From positions 14,840-78,839 of the forward strand of contig NW_021833286.1 of the NCBI RefSeq assembly GCF_006345805.1: a stretch of 64,000 nt of DNA. The letters run 5' to 3'. Under the pieces are notes generated by a model. That model had not been told where the DNA came from. It ran no database searches and was given only the letters and a program-made list of their open reading frames with translations. Both the position numbers and the translations under genes were made by a program. Origin of the DNA: Octopus sinensis. Lineage: Eukaryota. The stretch's first letter is position 1; each line of letters opens with the position of its first letter. Positions 31,851 to 46,197 of this stretch are shown piece after piece.

Positions 31851-32831
31851 GCAGGCTCGCGCACGCACGCGCTTGCGCCGGTTCGCGTACGCATACGCTC
31901 CGCAGGCACCTCGCTCTTGGAACCGACAAGACCTCCCGCCCGTTCCTGGGACCGTCGCGTGTCGTTGGGTTTTCCCACGCCTGCCTCCGCGGGACCACTC
32001 TTCCATCTTCCCCTCAGCTGGAGTCCTTTTTCCTTAACACCCCCCCTTTTTCGTTACACACACGCGCACCATATACACACATTGCTTAAATATATACATT
32101 ACTCTTACACACATTCAATCTACTCGCCATTATTTATACCACCACGACACTGGACACACACACACACTACTACTCAACACACGCTGGCACGCTACATACG
32201 CCCCCACCCCTTCCCCTCCCTCCCTTCCTCCTTCTTTCTTTTTCTTACTACTGACCTTTGTCTGCTAAGCTGACCACTGTCTCGCCCTACCTCCACACAC
32301 GCCTACACACAGACGCACACACTAACACACACATATATATTTTTTTTTGTTTTTTCATCTCGCCTCACACACACACATACACACACGCACACGCACACAC
32401 TCACACATACACACACATCTGTTGCGTTACCAACCTGTCTCCACTCTTTGTGCCTTTAAACCCACTTTGCTCTGTTTTCGTAAACATCCGCCTTTCACCA
32501 TGTGCACTCGAAACACTCGAGTCTATTCTTTTTCTCTTTCCCTGTTGCCCGCTCTGGGATCTTTCTTTCTCTCTTTCTCTTCTCTTTCCTTTCCGACGAA
32601 GAGCTCCGCTCGAAACGTCATACCTCCCTGCTTCCTTTTCCTGAGCACCTATTAATAATAATACTGTAATTGTTCCATTGTTGTTGTTTTTTTGTTTCCC
32701 GTTTGGATTAAAATTATATATATATATATATGTATATATGCATGTATATATGTATGTATGTATTTTGCAGTATCTGTATGCCCATACATACATACATGCA
32801 TGCATACATACATACATACATATATACATGC

Positions 32832-32891
<60 letters not shown>

Positions 32892-32909
32892 GTATATATG
32901 CATATATAC

Positions 32910-33830
32910 AGGTCGTCCCTCAGGACGCCCCAAGACTGTTTCTACGCGTTTTCCCCACTCATCTCGATCTTCCATAATGGTCCTCAGCTCCTGAACCCCT
33001 TCCATATCATTATCCTCTAGCAAGTTGTCGAGAGAGGTCGTCTTCCTCTTTCATCTCTTGGTTCTTCCTTTCGTTCTAAGTATCCTCATATAACAACCGT
33101 CCAACTACTTCTATGCTTTAGTAAGCGTCAATGTTTCAGCCTCACATAGAAGAACAGTCTCCACTGTTGCCAGAAATAACCTCACTTTCAATTTCCTGGC
33201 TAACTTTGAACTCCAGACCTTTCTCAATTTATGGCATTCACTCCAGACAAGAGCTTTTCTTGCTACGATGTCTTCTTCAGTACTTTGTGTCCACGCACGA
33301 AGGTATTTGAAATTTTCAACTACCTCGAGCGACTTACCGTTTCTCACTTACATTTTCTCACAGGCATTTCGTGATTGAATACTTGCAACTCTGCTTTCTT
33401 TGCGTTACAGTGCAATCCTACCTTCCCGATTCCTGCTCTAATCTGCTCAGCACCTCCTGTGTCTGATCTATCCTCTCTGTTAATAATGCCAGGTCATCAA
33501 CATAGCCTGGGTCAGTTACTGTTACTACTTGATGCCGGCTACTTCTTTGCTTGTGCTGTTTGAATCCCAGTTCTTTGTTCCTTGCCCTCGTACGTTCTAC
33601 ACATTACATAGTCCAGAACGAAGGCGAAGAGATAAGGTGCTATCATGTCGCCTTATAATACTCCGGTTTTGACTTCAAAGTATTCGTCCCTCCATCAGGA
33701 GTGATTCTTTTCGCTTAGGTGTTCCCATACAGCTTACTTATTTCTCTCAGAATTCTTGGTGGAATAACAGATTCTTTTAAGCATCTTCACCATCATTCCC
33801 CTATTTATTTTCAGCAAGCAGGTCATGGCT
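32910..33830 (-). mobile_element. Decayed RTE-like LINE fragment
   Basis: LEVVENFKYL..W...ARKALVW...LKVRLFLATVETVLL and MEDRDEWGKRV on the minus strand. Boundaries approximate. Confidence 0.75.
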
Positions 33831-34094
33831 ACTCCAGACAGATGACGAGCAAAGACTCGGAAACATGTCTCTGGTTGCAGGATTAGTGGGATGGGAGTGC
33901 TTGTCTCCCCTTCATAAATATAAGGACACAGGGAATGTGTCAAGGCCGACAGGAAGCATTGATGCTTCCTAGGGCTAAATAGCGGTGGTCTGATTGCCTT
34001 TATGGGACTGTCACGTTAAGTTGACAATATACAACTGCTCTATCGTTCCACCACTGCTTATATCTCTCTGGGATATTTATAAATTTAACATATA

Positions 34095-34296
<202 letters not shown>

Positions 34297-34602
34297 GGAG
34301 GCGCAATGGACCAGTGGCTAGGGCAGCGGACTCGCGGTCGTAGGATCGCGGTTTCGATTCCCAGACCAGGCGTTGTGAGTGTTTATTGAGCGAAAACGTC
34401 TAATGCTCCACGATGCTCCGGCAGGGGGTGGTGGCGATCCCTGCTGTACTCTTTCACCACTCTTTCTCCCACTCTTTCTTCTGTTGGCCTGCTCGCTAAG
34501 CCAGCGGGGTGGCGTCATTCGAAGGCTAAAACAATGTAAACGCATTGTGACCAGCGATGTGTAACTACATCTGATGGACTGGTCGGTCACGTGATCACGT
34601 GA
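34297..34602 (+). mobile_element. tRNA-derived SINE, family A
   Basis: ggaggcgcaatggaccagtggctag A box, ggtttcgattccc B box; tail ends tcacgtgatcacgtga+(TA)n. Confidence 0.9.
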
Positions 34603-34616
34603 TATATATACATATC

Positions 34617-35600
34617 TAGGGCTTGGACAAAATGAAATATCTATAAAACTGTCAAAAGCTTGGTATAATTTTATGTTTTTTTGCTTTATTATTAGTGTTT
34701 CGTACTATGTTTTGCTAAAATTGCTGTTTCTTTTCAGATATCATCAGAAAAAGGTAATTAAAATGACAGATCTATCTGACTTTCAAAGAGGTCAAATTGT
34801 TGGTGCTAGGATGGTAGGCGTTAGCGTAACGAAAACAGCCGAAATGTTTGGTGTATCAAGAAGTACTGTCTCGAAAGTAATGACAGCCTTTGAGAAAGAA
34901 AGAAAAACCTCCTCGTCGAAACAAAACTCCGGAAGAAAACCAAAACTTTCAGATAGGGACCGTCGGACGCTTACGCGAATTGTGAGAAAGGATCACAAAA
35001 CTACAGCTCCAAATATTACCGCAGAGCTTAATGACCACCACGAGAACACAGTTTCCACAAATAACCGTTAGCCAGGAGCTGCACAAAGCCGGATTTTACG
35101 GAAGGGCTGCAATCAGAAAACCAGTACTTTCAAAAACAAACCGTTGCAAACCGTTTAGAGCGGAGTAAAGTCCTACAGAATTGGTCCCTATAGCAGCGGA
35201 AGAATGTCATTTTCTCGGATGAGTCATCCTTTACCTTATTTCCGACCACCGGCCGAGTATACGTGTGGAGACAGCCAAAAGAAGCATTTGATCCAGACTG
35301 CCTTCTTCCAACTGTTAAACGTGGAGGAGGATCTGTGATGATCTGGGTGGGTGGGCTATATCTTGGAAAACCGCCGACCTAATGGTTTCACTTCATTTCA
35401 GAATTAAGAGTTAATATGCATTTTATCTGATCAAATTCATCCTGTGGTTGCGGAACTGTTTCCGGAGGGAAACGCAATCTTTCGGGATGATAATGCACCA
35501 ATTCACACAGCTAAAGTTGTTACTGAATGGTACAAAAAAACCCCCATTCTAGTGAAGTTGAACATTTTATTTGGCCAACTCAGTCCCCAGATATTATTGA
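34617..35600 (+). mobile_element. Decayed Tc1-like transposon
   Basis: MTDLSDFQRGQIVG...SGRKPKLSDRDRRTL HTH region; VIFSDESSF, PTVKRGGGSVMIW and FRDDNAPIH catalytic motifs, with stops and frameshifts. Confidence 0.88.
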
Positions 35601-35641
35601 ACATTTATATATATATGTATGTATGTATATATAGCAAATAT

Positions 35642-35724
<83 letters not shown>

Positions 35725-35739
35725 ATATATATGTATATA

Positions 35740-36707
35740 CAGGATCATGCAGATAAATTGACACAATTTTTACGATGCATAAAACTGGTTATAGATACTA
35801 AAGGAGTGTTAGTAGACATAATTTTAATGTAACATTCATTACAACAGAAACATTTAACAATTGATATGGCAGCTCTTTTGGGCAATTAGTGTCTCCACAG
35901 GAGAACGAAGGCTTTTTGAAGCTGTAACAACCTATCTACCTTTGATTTTGAGTCTCGCATGCACGATACCGGTCTTCAAAATGCTGTCAAGTCCAAACTT
36001 CTGCTACATCCAAGATAAGAGAGAGTTGTTAAGGATGTCAAGATACTCCACTCACCACGACTCCAAATACCATCATAGAGGCAGGATTCTTAATCTCAAA
36101 CACAGGGGAGACGTCAGAAGGGTTGTATGCAATCACTGGAAATTTCTGCGATTCACCAGCGTCCACAGTGAACTTATCATCTACAGACACGAGAAATTTT
36201 CTTACATCTTGATTCCTGATGACTCGCAGAATCTTTGGGCATCTCTCGGCTCTGCTTGCCTTGACCTTGGCTGTTAGGAGGTGACTGCGTCGTGGAACAT
36301 AGCTGGTCAAGTCAAGGTTCCTGTTCTCAGATCTGGACACCGTGGAAGGGGACACATTGTGTTTCTTTGCGAAAACTGGATTTCGACGAGTTGGCTTCTA
36401 TCAAACATTTGAGGCCAGCGAGAAACTTTGGATTGGGCTTGGAATCATTTAGAGTCCTCTGTTCATCAATCTCGCCTCCTTCTTTAAATTATTTATACAC
36501 ACAATAAACTGTTGCTTTTGGAAGTTTCGTCAACTTAACCAATTTGTTGGCAGTGTGCCCGGCGTGCACCAAAACAAGAGTGGCGGAACGATTCTGTTGT
36601 TCCCTGACTCTCTGTTGGCGAATCAGTTCGCTAATTTACCCGAGGAGAATTAGATTTTCAAGCAAGCAAGTTATTAAAATTGGTCTCAATTTATCTGCAA
36701 GACCCTG
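35740..36707 (-). mobile_element. Internally deleted Tc1/mariner-superfamily element (maT/DD37D-like) with TIRs
   Basis: TA-caggatcatgcagataaattgacac is inverted to tggtctcaatttatctgcaagaccctg-TA; minus-strand peptide ...KNPASMMVFGVVVSG. Subfamily is an inference. Confidence 0.75.
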
Positions 36708-37530
36708 TATACTCTTTACTCTTTTACTTGTTTCAATCATTTGAATGCGGCCATGCTGGAGCACCGCCTTTAGTCGAGCAACTCGATCCCGGGACTTATT
36801 CTTTGTAAGCCCAGTACTTATTCTATCGGTCTTTTTTGCCGAACCGCTAAGTGACGGGGACATAAACACACCAGCATCGGTTGTCAAGCAATGCTAGGGG
36901 GACAAACACACACACACAAACACACATGCACACAAACATACATATATATATACATATATGCAACGGGCTTCTTTCAGTTTCCGTATACCAAATCCACTCA
37001 CAAGGCTTTTGTCGGCCCGAGGCTATAGTAGAAGACACTTGCCCAAGGTGCCACGCAGTGGGACTGAATCTGGAACCATGAGGTTGGTAAGCAAGCTACT
37101 TTATTTCATAAATTTGTCATATAGACAGTACAAAGAGCTTTGCGGGCTGGACAAATACATTAATGAATGAAAATGAATTATAATGAATAGATGAGAGACG
37201 AAACCCAACACCCGCCGATTGGATTTTTCTCGAAAACATATTTTCTGTTTTTTTTAAAAATCAATATAAGGTTTCAAACCTTTTACAAGGAGGAGGCACT
37301 AAAACCTCTTACTTAACATATTTTCTTTTTTCTTTCTTAAAACACAAACATACAACAGGTCCCCACTAGACCCCCAAAATTCTTACCTTACGGCTGAGTA
37401 TTCAAAAGTCTTCAATTTAAGACGGCTTTCAAAAACATGTCTTACAACTTCGGTGTCAAGCACAACACTAACTTGCACATGCGCAGAAGCAACCTGTAAG
37501 CAAGCTACTTACCACAGCCACGCCTGCATA
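36708..37530 (-). mobile_element. Abundant SINE-like repeat whose head is interrupted by a 394-bp insertion
   Basis: The same motifs recur near 1262, 4196, 23560, 43470 and 55570; the head is split at the duplicated gtaagcaagctactt. Confidence 0.75.
37102..37495 (-). mobile_element. Unclassified insertion with a 15-bp target-site duplication
   Basis: gtaagcaagctactt at 37087-37101 and 37496-37510; minus-strand AATAAA at the 37101 junction. Confidence 0.7.
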
Positions 37531-38027
37531 GTTATGTGTGTGCGTCTTTGTGTCTCTGTATATCCCCAACCCACCGCTCGGTAACCGCTGTTGGTTTGCT
37601 TATTTTTCCGTTAGAAGAATTAATTTACACACATACACCCTACACACACACAAAGTTTCGCAGCGAATCTATCAGAAGTTTATTAAGCGCATAGTTCTTT
37701 CCGGTTTGGCGCACCAGTATGAAGACATTTGGATGAAGAGTTTTGATACATAATTAGTAGAACTTTATGCATGTTCTCCGTCGTGGGGACGTTTTGTACT
37801 TGGTTCCGTTGATTGTCTGTCCCGGAACGACTTCACTGAACAGCTACTAATTGATCACGTTTAGTGATCGTTGATAGCAAAATCTTAGAGTATGGCGTTA
37901 ATTGCTCTATTTCGTCTCCCTTTCATTTGTCTTGCCCGCATACATTCTGGTGTTTGCTAAAACATTTGAGAACATACTCTTCGTGGTAAGGCGATTTGAC
38001 GTCTTCTAACATATTAAGAATCCACCT

Positions 38028-38310
38028 TGGTTAGGGCAGCGGACTCGCGGTCGTAGGATCGCGGTTTCGATTCCCAGGCCGGGCGTTGTCAGTGTTTATT
38101 GAGCGAAAACACCTAAAAGGCTCCACGATGCTCCGGCAAGGGGGGGTGGTGATCTCTGCTGTACTCTTTCACCACTCTTTTTCCCACTCTTTCTTCTGTT
38201 GGCCTGCTCGCTTAGCCAGCGGGGTGGCGTCATTCGAAGGCTAAAACAATGCGAACGCATTGTGACCAGCGATGTGAAACTACATCTGATGGACTGGTCG
38301 GTCACGTGAT

Positions 38311-38317
<7 letters not shown>
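38028..38317 (+). mobile_element. tRNA-derived SINE, family A (5' clipped)
   Basis: Highly similar to about 34315-34602. Confidence 0.9.
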
Positions 38318-38383
<66 letters not shown>

Positions 38384-38866
38384 CATGTATGTATGTGTGA
38401 TTGTTTGTGTTAGTGTATATGTGTAAATGAGAATAAACCTGACTATTGATATTCCTGATTATATCAACTTTCTCTTTCGACCAAATCATAATTAACTCAG
38501 AATTTTTAACAGAAATTTGATTAAGATTTACTGTAATGCACGTAAGCCCTTTGCGAAATTACACCGTTAAACGGCTTTCCAATGCAATTAATCTACCCGT
38601 AAACCTATCTGCAAATGTAACAATCGTAATAATCGCTGATTATATACATCCTCTTTGTAGATATTAAGATTGTACTTTGCCTAATTTTACCCGGAGAGAA
38701 ACTCTTATTGAAAGCCACGTTTGCCTTTAAAACAAACTAATATGCATTTAAACCACGTCTTCGCTAAACTGCTTATGCTATTAACTCACCTTGTGAATCG
38801 AACTCAAATATCCATTTTGTTAAGATTGCTTCTTTGATATGTGCTGTCTTTAATATAATCGATTGT

Positions 38867-39198
38867 GAAGGCGCATAACTTATCGGTTAGGATATCCGGC
38901 TCATGATTGTATGGACTATGAGTTCAATAATCGGCGGCAGATTGTGTCCTCTCATTCCGCTCACCTCCCAAAAATGAGTAGTACCTGTATTTCAAAGGGC
39001 CAGCCTTGTCACATTGTCACATTCTGTGTATCACTCTGAATCTCTGAGAACCACATGGGTGGGGCACATGGTGGCGACACGTGGTAGGGACACGTGCTTG
39101 TGGAGTGCACAGCAACTTGCATGTCAATGTCACGAGCGGGCTGTTCCGTTGATTGAATGAACTCGAACCTTCGTCACCGTAACCGAGACAGTGCTAGT
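38867..39198 (+). mobile_element. tRNA-derived SINE, family B (diverged)
   Basis: Similar to 57052-57374 (tgtatttcaaagggccagccttgtcac ... ctgttccgttgat). Confidence 0.75.
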
Positions 39199-40770
39199 TT
39201 TCTTAATATAATCCATTAGTCATTCTGACGGGACTTAATTTTAAGCCCTCTCTTTTCAAGAACTGATATCCTGAATCGATTTTGCGAAAGTACCAACAAA
39301 GTGCGTTTGTTTCTTGAGGGGATTAAGCTGTCACACTTTCATAATGAGTTGCTTTAAATATTTCCAGGTTTGGAAGATTTTCTTAGAAACTGATTTCTCA
39401 CTTGAAAAAATTACTCAATTTCTCTTGGATTTCTCGGTTTTAAAAGTAAAATCCAAAGTTTTTCATTCTCTAAACACGCCCCATGCCCCATCCCAGAAAA
39501 CCGATTATTCGTTCAAAAGTTTCTTCTATGTAAATAGTACGATGAATGTTTAGAAGTAGACGGAAATTGTTGTATCTCGGTTACATTTCTTACATCCACT
39601 TTCTAGAAGTTCTTCTTCAAATTATTTTAAATGTGTAAGCTGTTTGCTCCAGTTCATACGCTTTTAATAATAACCATACATTTTGCTCAAATATACCTCA
39701 AAAATATACATGTATTCATAGATAAATTCCTTTTTCCATAAGTTTTTTTTTATGATCTCTTTCTTTCTCCCTATCACACTATATATGAATGTGCGCGTCT
39801 GCGTGAATGTATGTGTGAGTGTGTGTGTGTGTGTGTATGCGAGCGAGCGTGCTTGTGTGCATGTGTATGTATATGCAAGCGTGCGCGTATGCACGTTTGT
39901 GTGTGTGTGTGTGTGTGCGCGCATGTGTAAGCTCTTCTGTTGTTGATGACACATAAGAGTTCCGCCAAGTTGTGTTTATTTTGATCTTGGGCTGAGGACT
40001 GTATATGAGAGATATTTTATGGCACTGACTGGCGATCTTGAGCAGGTTTCTACATTCTGCTATGAGTAAGAATCCATCCCGACCTTGATGGATGCAACAA
40101 ATCGACAACCTCCACAATCGCAAACATTTGAAGTAGGTTCATTTTGCTGCTTCTGCTTAAGATTCACTCGAAATTGATCCCGGTGTTTCTGTTTGCTTGT
40201 TTGACACCATTTGAAACTAATGAGACACATTGTCATATAGATATATATGACACAACTACATTCAACACAACTAGACTCAACACTACCTAAGCATGCTATT
40301 ATATTCCATCTTTCATAAACATTTTATGAATATCCGAATGGGTTATGTGACATGGACTCCATATAGTCTCCTGTAACAGCATAATATTCTTCTCATACTA
40401 CCTTTCTGATGTATTCTTCTTTTTGCCCTTAGGAGAATAGTAATATGAAATTAAATAAATTAAATTATAATTATAATTAATTTTTCCATGTTTCTTACAT
40501 GTTGGTGTCACCATTTGAAACGATCGTATGCATGGATTAAAAGTTTTATAAATCTTTTAACATATTCTCTTCTCTATCTTTAATTGTTTGTTGAGTTTAT
40601 ATAGGATACGTGTTCTATAAATGCTCATAATACACCTTATTCTTGTAAATTTTCATATCTTAAATAAATACTTGCTATAGTAAGCTACAAATTTAATATG
40701 AAGAATCTTTATTAGAAATCTAACTTTGGACCCCCACAAAGTAAAAATGAGGAAATTGAACACAACCTTT

Positions 40771-40830
<60 letters not shown>

Positions 40831-40967
40831 ATAAATAAAAATACATATTTCAACGCCACGCAGCCTTGTCCACAGTAAGTTCTTACATACATACATACGC
40901 ACTCGCACATGCACACATAAACACATATATATACATAAATATATATGTATATATATATGTATATATA

Positions 40968-41012
<45 letters not shown>

Positions 41013-41373
41013 ATAATATAAACACATACGCACACATACATAGATACGCATACTCTTATATGTATTAAAATTCCCCCAACTGAAGGAATGTTCAAATGAC
41101 AGTTACTCCTTTTCATTGATGACTTTCACTTCTATCTCTTTCAGCAAATTAAAATTTATGACATTCGAGAATTTTCTCCATCATTTATAATATAAAGTTT
41201 TACAGTTTCCCTCGTTCCTTTTAGAAGGTCAGAAGGAAACACCCAATAGAGAAGAATTTGTGCATTTCTATCGCAGATTAAATATATTCAATGACTGCCT
41301 GCATTATTCTAGTTCTTTTATTTAGTTCTCGTTCAGTTCATCCTTCAAAATACAAAATATTTTCTCATCAGTA

Positions 41374-41688
41374 AAGGCGTGTGGCTTAATGCTTCGGGTA
41401 TTCGGCTCACGCGCGTGAGGTCCTCAGATCGATTCCAATCGACGTGTTGTGTCCTTGAGCAAGACATTCACGCTTCCCCAGCCCACTCACCTGACAAAAA
41501 TGAATTGTACCTGTATTTCAAAGGCCAATCTTTTCGCATTCTGTTTGGTGCTGAATCCTCCTGAGAACTATGTTAAAGCTACACGTGTCTGTGGAGTGCT
41601 CAGCCTCTTGCACGTTAATTTCATAACTAGAGAATTCCGTTGATCGGATCAACTAGAACGTTTATCATTGTAACTGATAGAGTGCTAG
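41374..41688 (+). mobile_element. tRNA-derived SINE, family B
   Basis: Similar to 57052-57374. Confidence 0.8.
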
Positions 41689-42450
41689 TTTAATTTTAGT
41701 CTCTCGTCTGAGAGTAGAGCACCCTACTCAGCTGAATAGGGATGGAACCATAGTACGAGTTCAGTTGGTTTAACCAAGAACATTTCGTAAATATACTATT
41801 ATCAATAATTTAAATTCATAATCTCTAAACTGAAAATTCTCCCCGCAAAAAGACAAGATTCCATAAGAAAAATAAAAAAACCAAGTGAAAAGATTATAGT
41901 AAATTTTGTAGGTGAAGTATTGTTCGTAAATTATACAGATAATAGATTTAGAACGTAAATTATAGTGATGCTGGATTTAGAGCTTAACAAATTATACAGA
42001 TAATAGATTTAGAACATAACAAATTCCATATCAAGTTAAAGCTTAGAATCATTAGAATCAAATCTCTGAAATCTCTGAAAGCGAATGATATTCCGGAAAC
42101 TCTACAAAATCTTGAAAATCTCTTGGAAAAGGAATATGACTTCGTCTGATAAGAGAAAAGAGTTTACAGCATAAACATACATTTCACATGCTATTATTTA
42201 ATACGATCATACATAGTAATAAAAGCATTTAGCACCAATACAAATAATTCCTTAAACCTAGAAGCTAAATAAATAAACTCACAACATAAAACCTATGACA
42301 AAGTAAAAACCAACCTTCTGTCATACCATAAGTTGCACTTGAGAATCACTTGGCTAATTTTATTTAAAAACCCATGAGTAAGTCGATTAGGCCCTGAAAA
42401 CTTGAATGAGGAAAATATAGCAACGGGATTCTTGATGCTAGTATACTTAC

Positions 42451-42896
42451 ATTGTTTCAGGTTTTGGCACAAGGCAAACAGTTTCGGGGAGCGGGGTAAG
42501 TCGATTACATCGACCTCAATGCTCAACTGACACTTATTTTATCAACTCTGGAAGGATGAAAGGCAAAGCTGACCTCGGCGGAATTTGAACTCAGAACGGG
42601 CAGACAGATGAAATGCCGTTAAACATTTTACTCGACGTGCTAACAACTCTTCCAGCTCGCCGCCTTAAAAAACCTAATATATTGGTTTCAAATTTTGACA
42701 CCAGGCCAACAATTTCGAAGGAAGAAGTGAACCGATTACAACCGCCGCAGCTCAACTGGTACTAAGTTTTTCGACCTTGAAAGGATGAAAGGCAAAGTCA
42801 ACCTTGACAGAATTTGAACACAGAACGTGCAGACAGACGAAGTGCCGCTAAATATTTTGCCCAGCGTGCTAACAATTCTCCCACTTTGCCGCCTTA
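42451..42896 (-). mobile_element. Two tandem copies of a SINE, family C (42451-42667 and 42681-42896)
   Basis: Both contain gaaggatgaaaggcaaag...gaatttgaac...cgccttaa; related pieces near 5720, 20980-21135 and 47020-47170. Confidence 0.8.
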
Positions 42897-44293
42897 CTTA
42901 GTATACTTAAACAAAAATTGCCAAATCCATCTTATTCAACAATTCCCGATATTGTAGAATAAATCAAAATGATGGATTGTAAACATTCTATGTCTAGACT
43001 ACGTCTTCTCAAAGCACAAACCTTCACAAAAGCCAACGCATCAATCATCGAATATAATTATGCTTGCAAAGAAATCCCTTCGTTTTTGAATAATTTACGC
43101 AATTAAAGTGGAGATAAAATTATATAGAAAGCATGTAAAACAATGTGGTGAAATAATTTTTTAGATCAACCGAAATATGTTTGGGAAATATTTGATTTTT
43201 GAAAAGATTTTGTTGGTATTTAGTGTATTACTGTACATTTACATCTAGAATGAATTATATTTTTTGAAGCTATTACTGCTTTAGACATTTGAGTACGGAA
43301 ATGTTGGGGCATTGCCTCGAAGGAGTTTAGCCGAACAAAAAATGGCACTACTTATTTTGAAACCAGGGAAATTATTTGTTGGTCTCTTTTGCAGAAATGT
43401 TTAAAAGCAAACCATCACCTCTTGTCAATACAAACATAAAGATACCACCGTCCGTGTATATATATATGTATACGGCGGGATTCCTCTCAGTTTCCGCCTA
43501 CCAGATTCACTCACAAGTCATCGATTTACTCGGGACTATTGCAGGAGACATTTGGTCAAGCTGCTGCGCAAGAGAACTGAAGACGAAATATTTACTCCAG
43601 TACTTGAATGCCATTTTTATATGTAATAAACACCAAGGTGACGAAAGACGAATCTGACCTGTGTGGAAATTTAAATGCATCACTGAATACCCCAGAAACA
43701 AAACAAAAAGAAGGAAAATGGATGACGTAGCAGCAACGAAATTTGTACTTACAACTTAGTGACCCAATAATGATTAAGGCTGTTCCCTTTTTAAAATCAT
43801 TTCATTTCCGAAAAACAGTGCTTCACGGACAAACAGTTATGGTAGATTTTCTTCATGAGATAGCAGTTCACTGTGACTTATGACCTGTAATATCTATATT
43901 TATGAGCTTGAGAGATTAGGCAGGTACTCTAGGTGTGAGGGGGAGAAAGAGAAAGAGGGGTGTGTGCGTGAGAAAAGGGCAGTGTTGCAATTTAGAGAAA
44001 GATTATAAATATTTTCATAACGACTTGAATGACAATATGAAGTTGTATGCAACTCGATTTGAACTCTTAACATATAGAGATGCAACAAACCGCTTCAAAA
44101 TAATATTGCCAGAAACTCTACAATATCTGTCACCCCTCACTTGAAAACTACTCTGAACAATAAATATAATGAGAACCATCGGAATAATTTACTGTACAGC
44201 AAGCAAATAATAATATTAATATAATAATAATAATAATAATAATAACAACAACCAACACTAAGTTACATGGAATATGCAGAAATGACACCGTAA

Positions 44294-44361
<68 letters not shown>

Positions 44362-44420
44362 TATATATATATATACATATATATTATATATATACACATT
44401 AATATATATATATACATATA

Positions 44421-44472
<52 letters not shown>

Positions 44473-44640
44473 CAGTAACAATAAAGGGTGAAATTAATTA
44501 ATTTGGAATAATTATTAATTACACCAAGTAGATTTCGGCATGTAAATTGCTTAGTATTACTTATATATATATATAATATATGTACACACAATAAATGCGT
44601 ACAAACATGCATAAAAACATGCATATACATATTTGCACAT

Positions 44641-44722
<82 letters not shown>

Positions 44723-45248
44723 CAAATGTATGTATAGGCACACATTGGCAATGGTGCTATTTTGAATTATCTTCTTTTATAGTACTGTAATTGCAAATGG
44801 GTGCAGCAAATTGCAGTTAGTTGCGATGCCACCTGCAAGAGATGCAATTTCGTTAAAAGCCTTCGTGACGTGTAGCTTCTTTCAAAAGAATGCCTTGATG
44901 GACTGAGTTGGTTAAATAGATCCTCTGTAATGAATATTACTCTAACGAACTTTAAGCTCGGAATGTCCACAGATAGACATATGCGTATACACACACGCAC
45001 ACACACACACACACACACACCACACACACACACACGCATATGTATATATATATATATATATCTATACCCATGTATGCAACGTATATAAATGCATGATTGT
45101 ATGAATATATATATATATATGTATGTATATGTTTGTATATGTGTATGTATGTATATATATTATATATATATATATATATGTGCGTGTGTGTGTGTATATA
45201 TATATACACATATCTATTTATATATATATAGGTAGAGGTGTGTGTATA

Positions 45249-45284
<36 letters not shown>

Positions 45285-46197
45285 CACATTTACGCTATTA
45301 TTTGCAGCTTTATCAACTTCGAGTTCCTTTACCACAAATGAATTATCTATCTTTGCCTGCGTATGTGTGTGCAAGCGTGAATTCTGCTGGTGGTCACAGA
45401 AATGACCCTTGTCACATAAAAGAATGTACAGAATATGCAATGAGTAGCAGACAAGCTACTGAAATGGTATTACCAATCGACATTTGCGGGTTGATCTGAA
45501 TCTGTAAGCTGTTCTTCATAATATCGAGTTAGAATCGCAGTAAAGATGTGCTGTGAATGATGTCGGTTAATATGGTAATCAAATCTAAGGAGAAAAATAG
45601 ACAAATACCTTGCAGGCCATATGCACCAAGTGAAAGATCACGGTGATGGAATTACAACCGTGAATAATGGTGCAAAAGTAAAACTATAAATTAGATCGAT
45701 TAAGAATTACAAAGTGTTTGGCGTATGAAATACGGAGCAACGCATAAACAAATGAGTTAACTTTTATACGTAGATATGCATACGTACGTGCATAAATACA
45801 TAGATATACATATGTACACACATACATAGATATACTTTCGTACGTACATGCATCCAAACATTCATACCTACGCGAATATATCTGTGTGTGTGTGTGTGCT
45901 GGCGCGCGTGTTTCTGTGAAGGTGTGTGGTCTACATGTTTGGGTGTGGCACTCACGGTCGCAAGATCGCGCTTTCCATCCGTGGATCGGGCAGTGCGTTG
46001 TGTTCTTGAGGAAAACAGTTCCTTTCTCATTTCTTGGAGATCACTTCCCCATCTGATGAATAACACATCGTTCACCTGTACAGGTAATGTCTATTTGATG
46101 GCGGGAGCGAACAAATGTACAGCACAAACATTTTATTAATATAAACAAATCATTTCTGCAGGTTATTGTGTGTGTGCGTGTGTGTATGTATGTGTGT

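Noticed and set aside
34731-34748. Minus-strand CTGATGA...GAAA hammerhead-like words
   Set aside because: Only 5 nt between the cores, no stem II, and it lies inside the Tc1 element.
42030-42150. Protein-like frame ...KSLKANDIPETLQNLENLLEKEYDFV*
   Set aside because: Short, no convincing splice acceptor, and adjacent to degenerate ~30-bp repeats.
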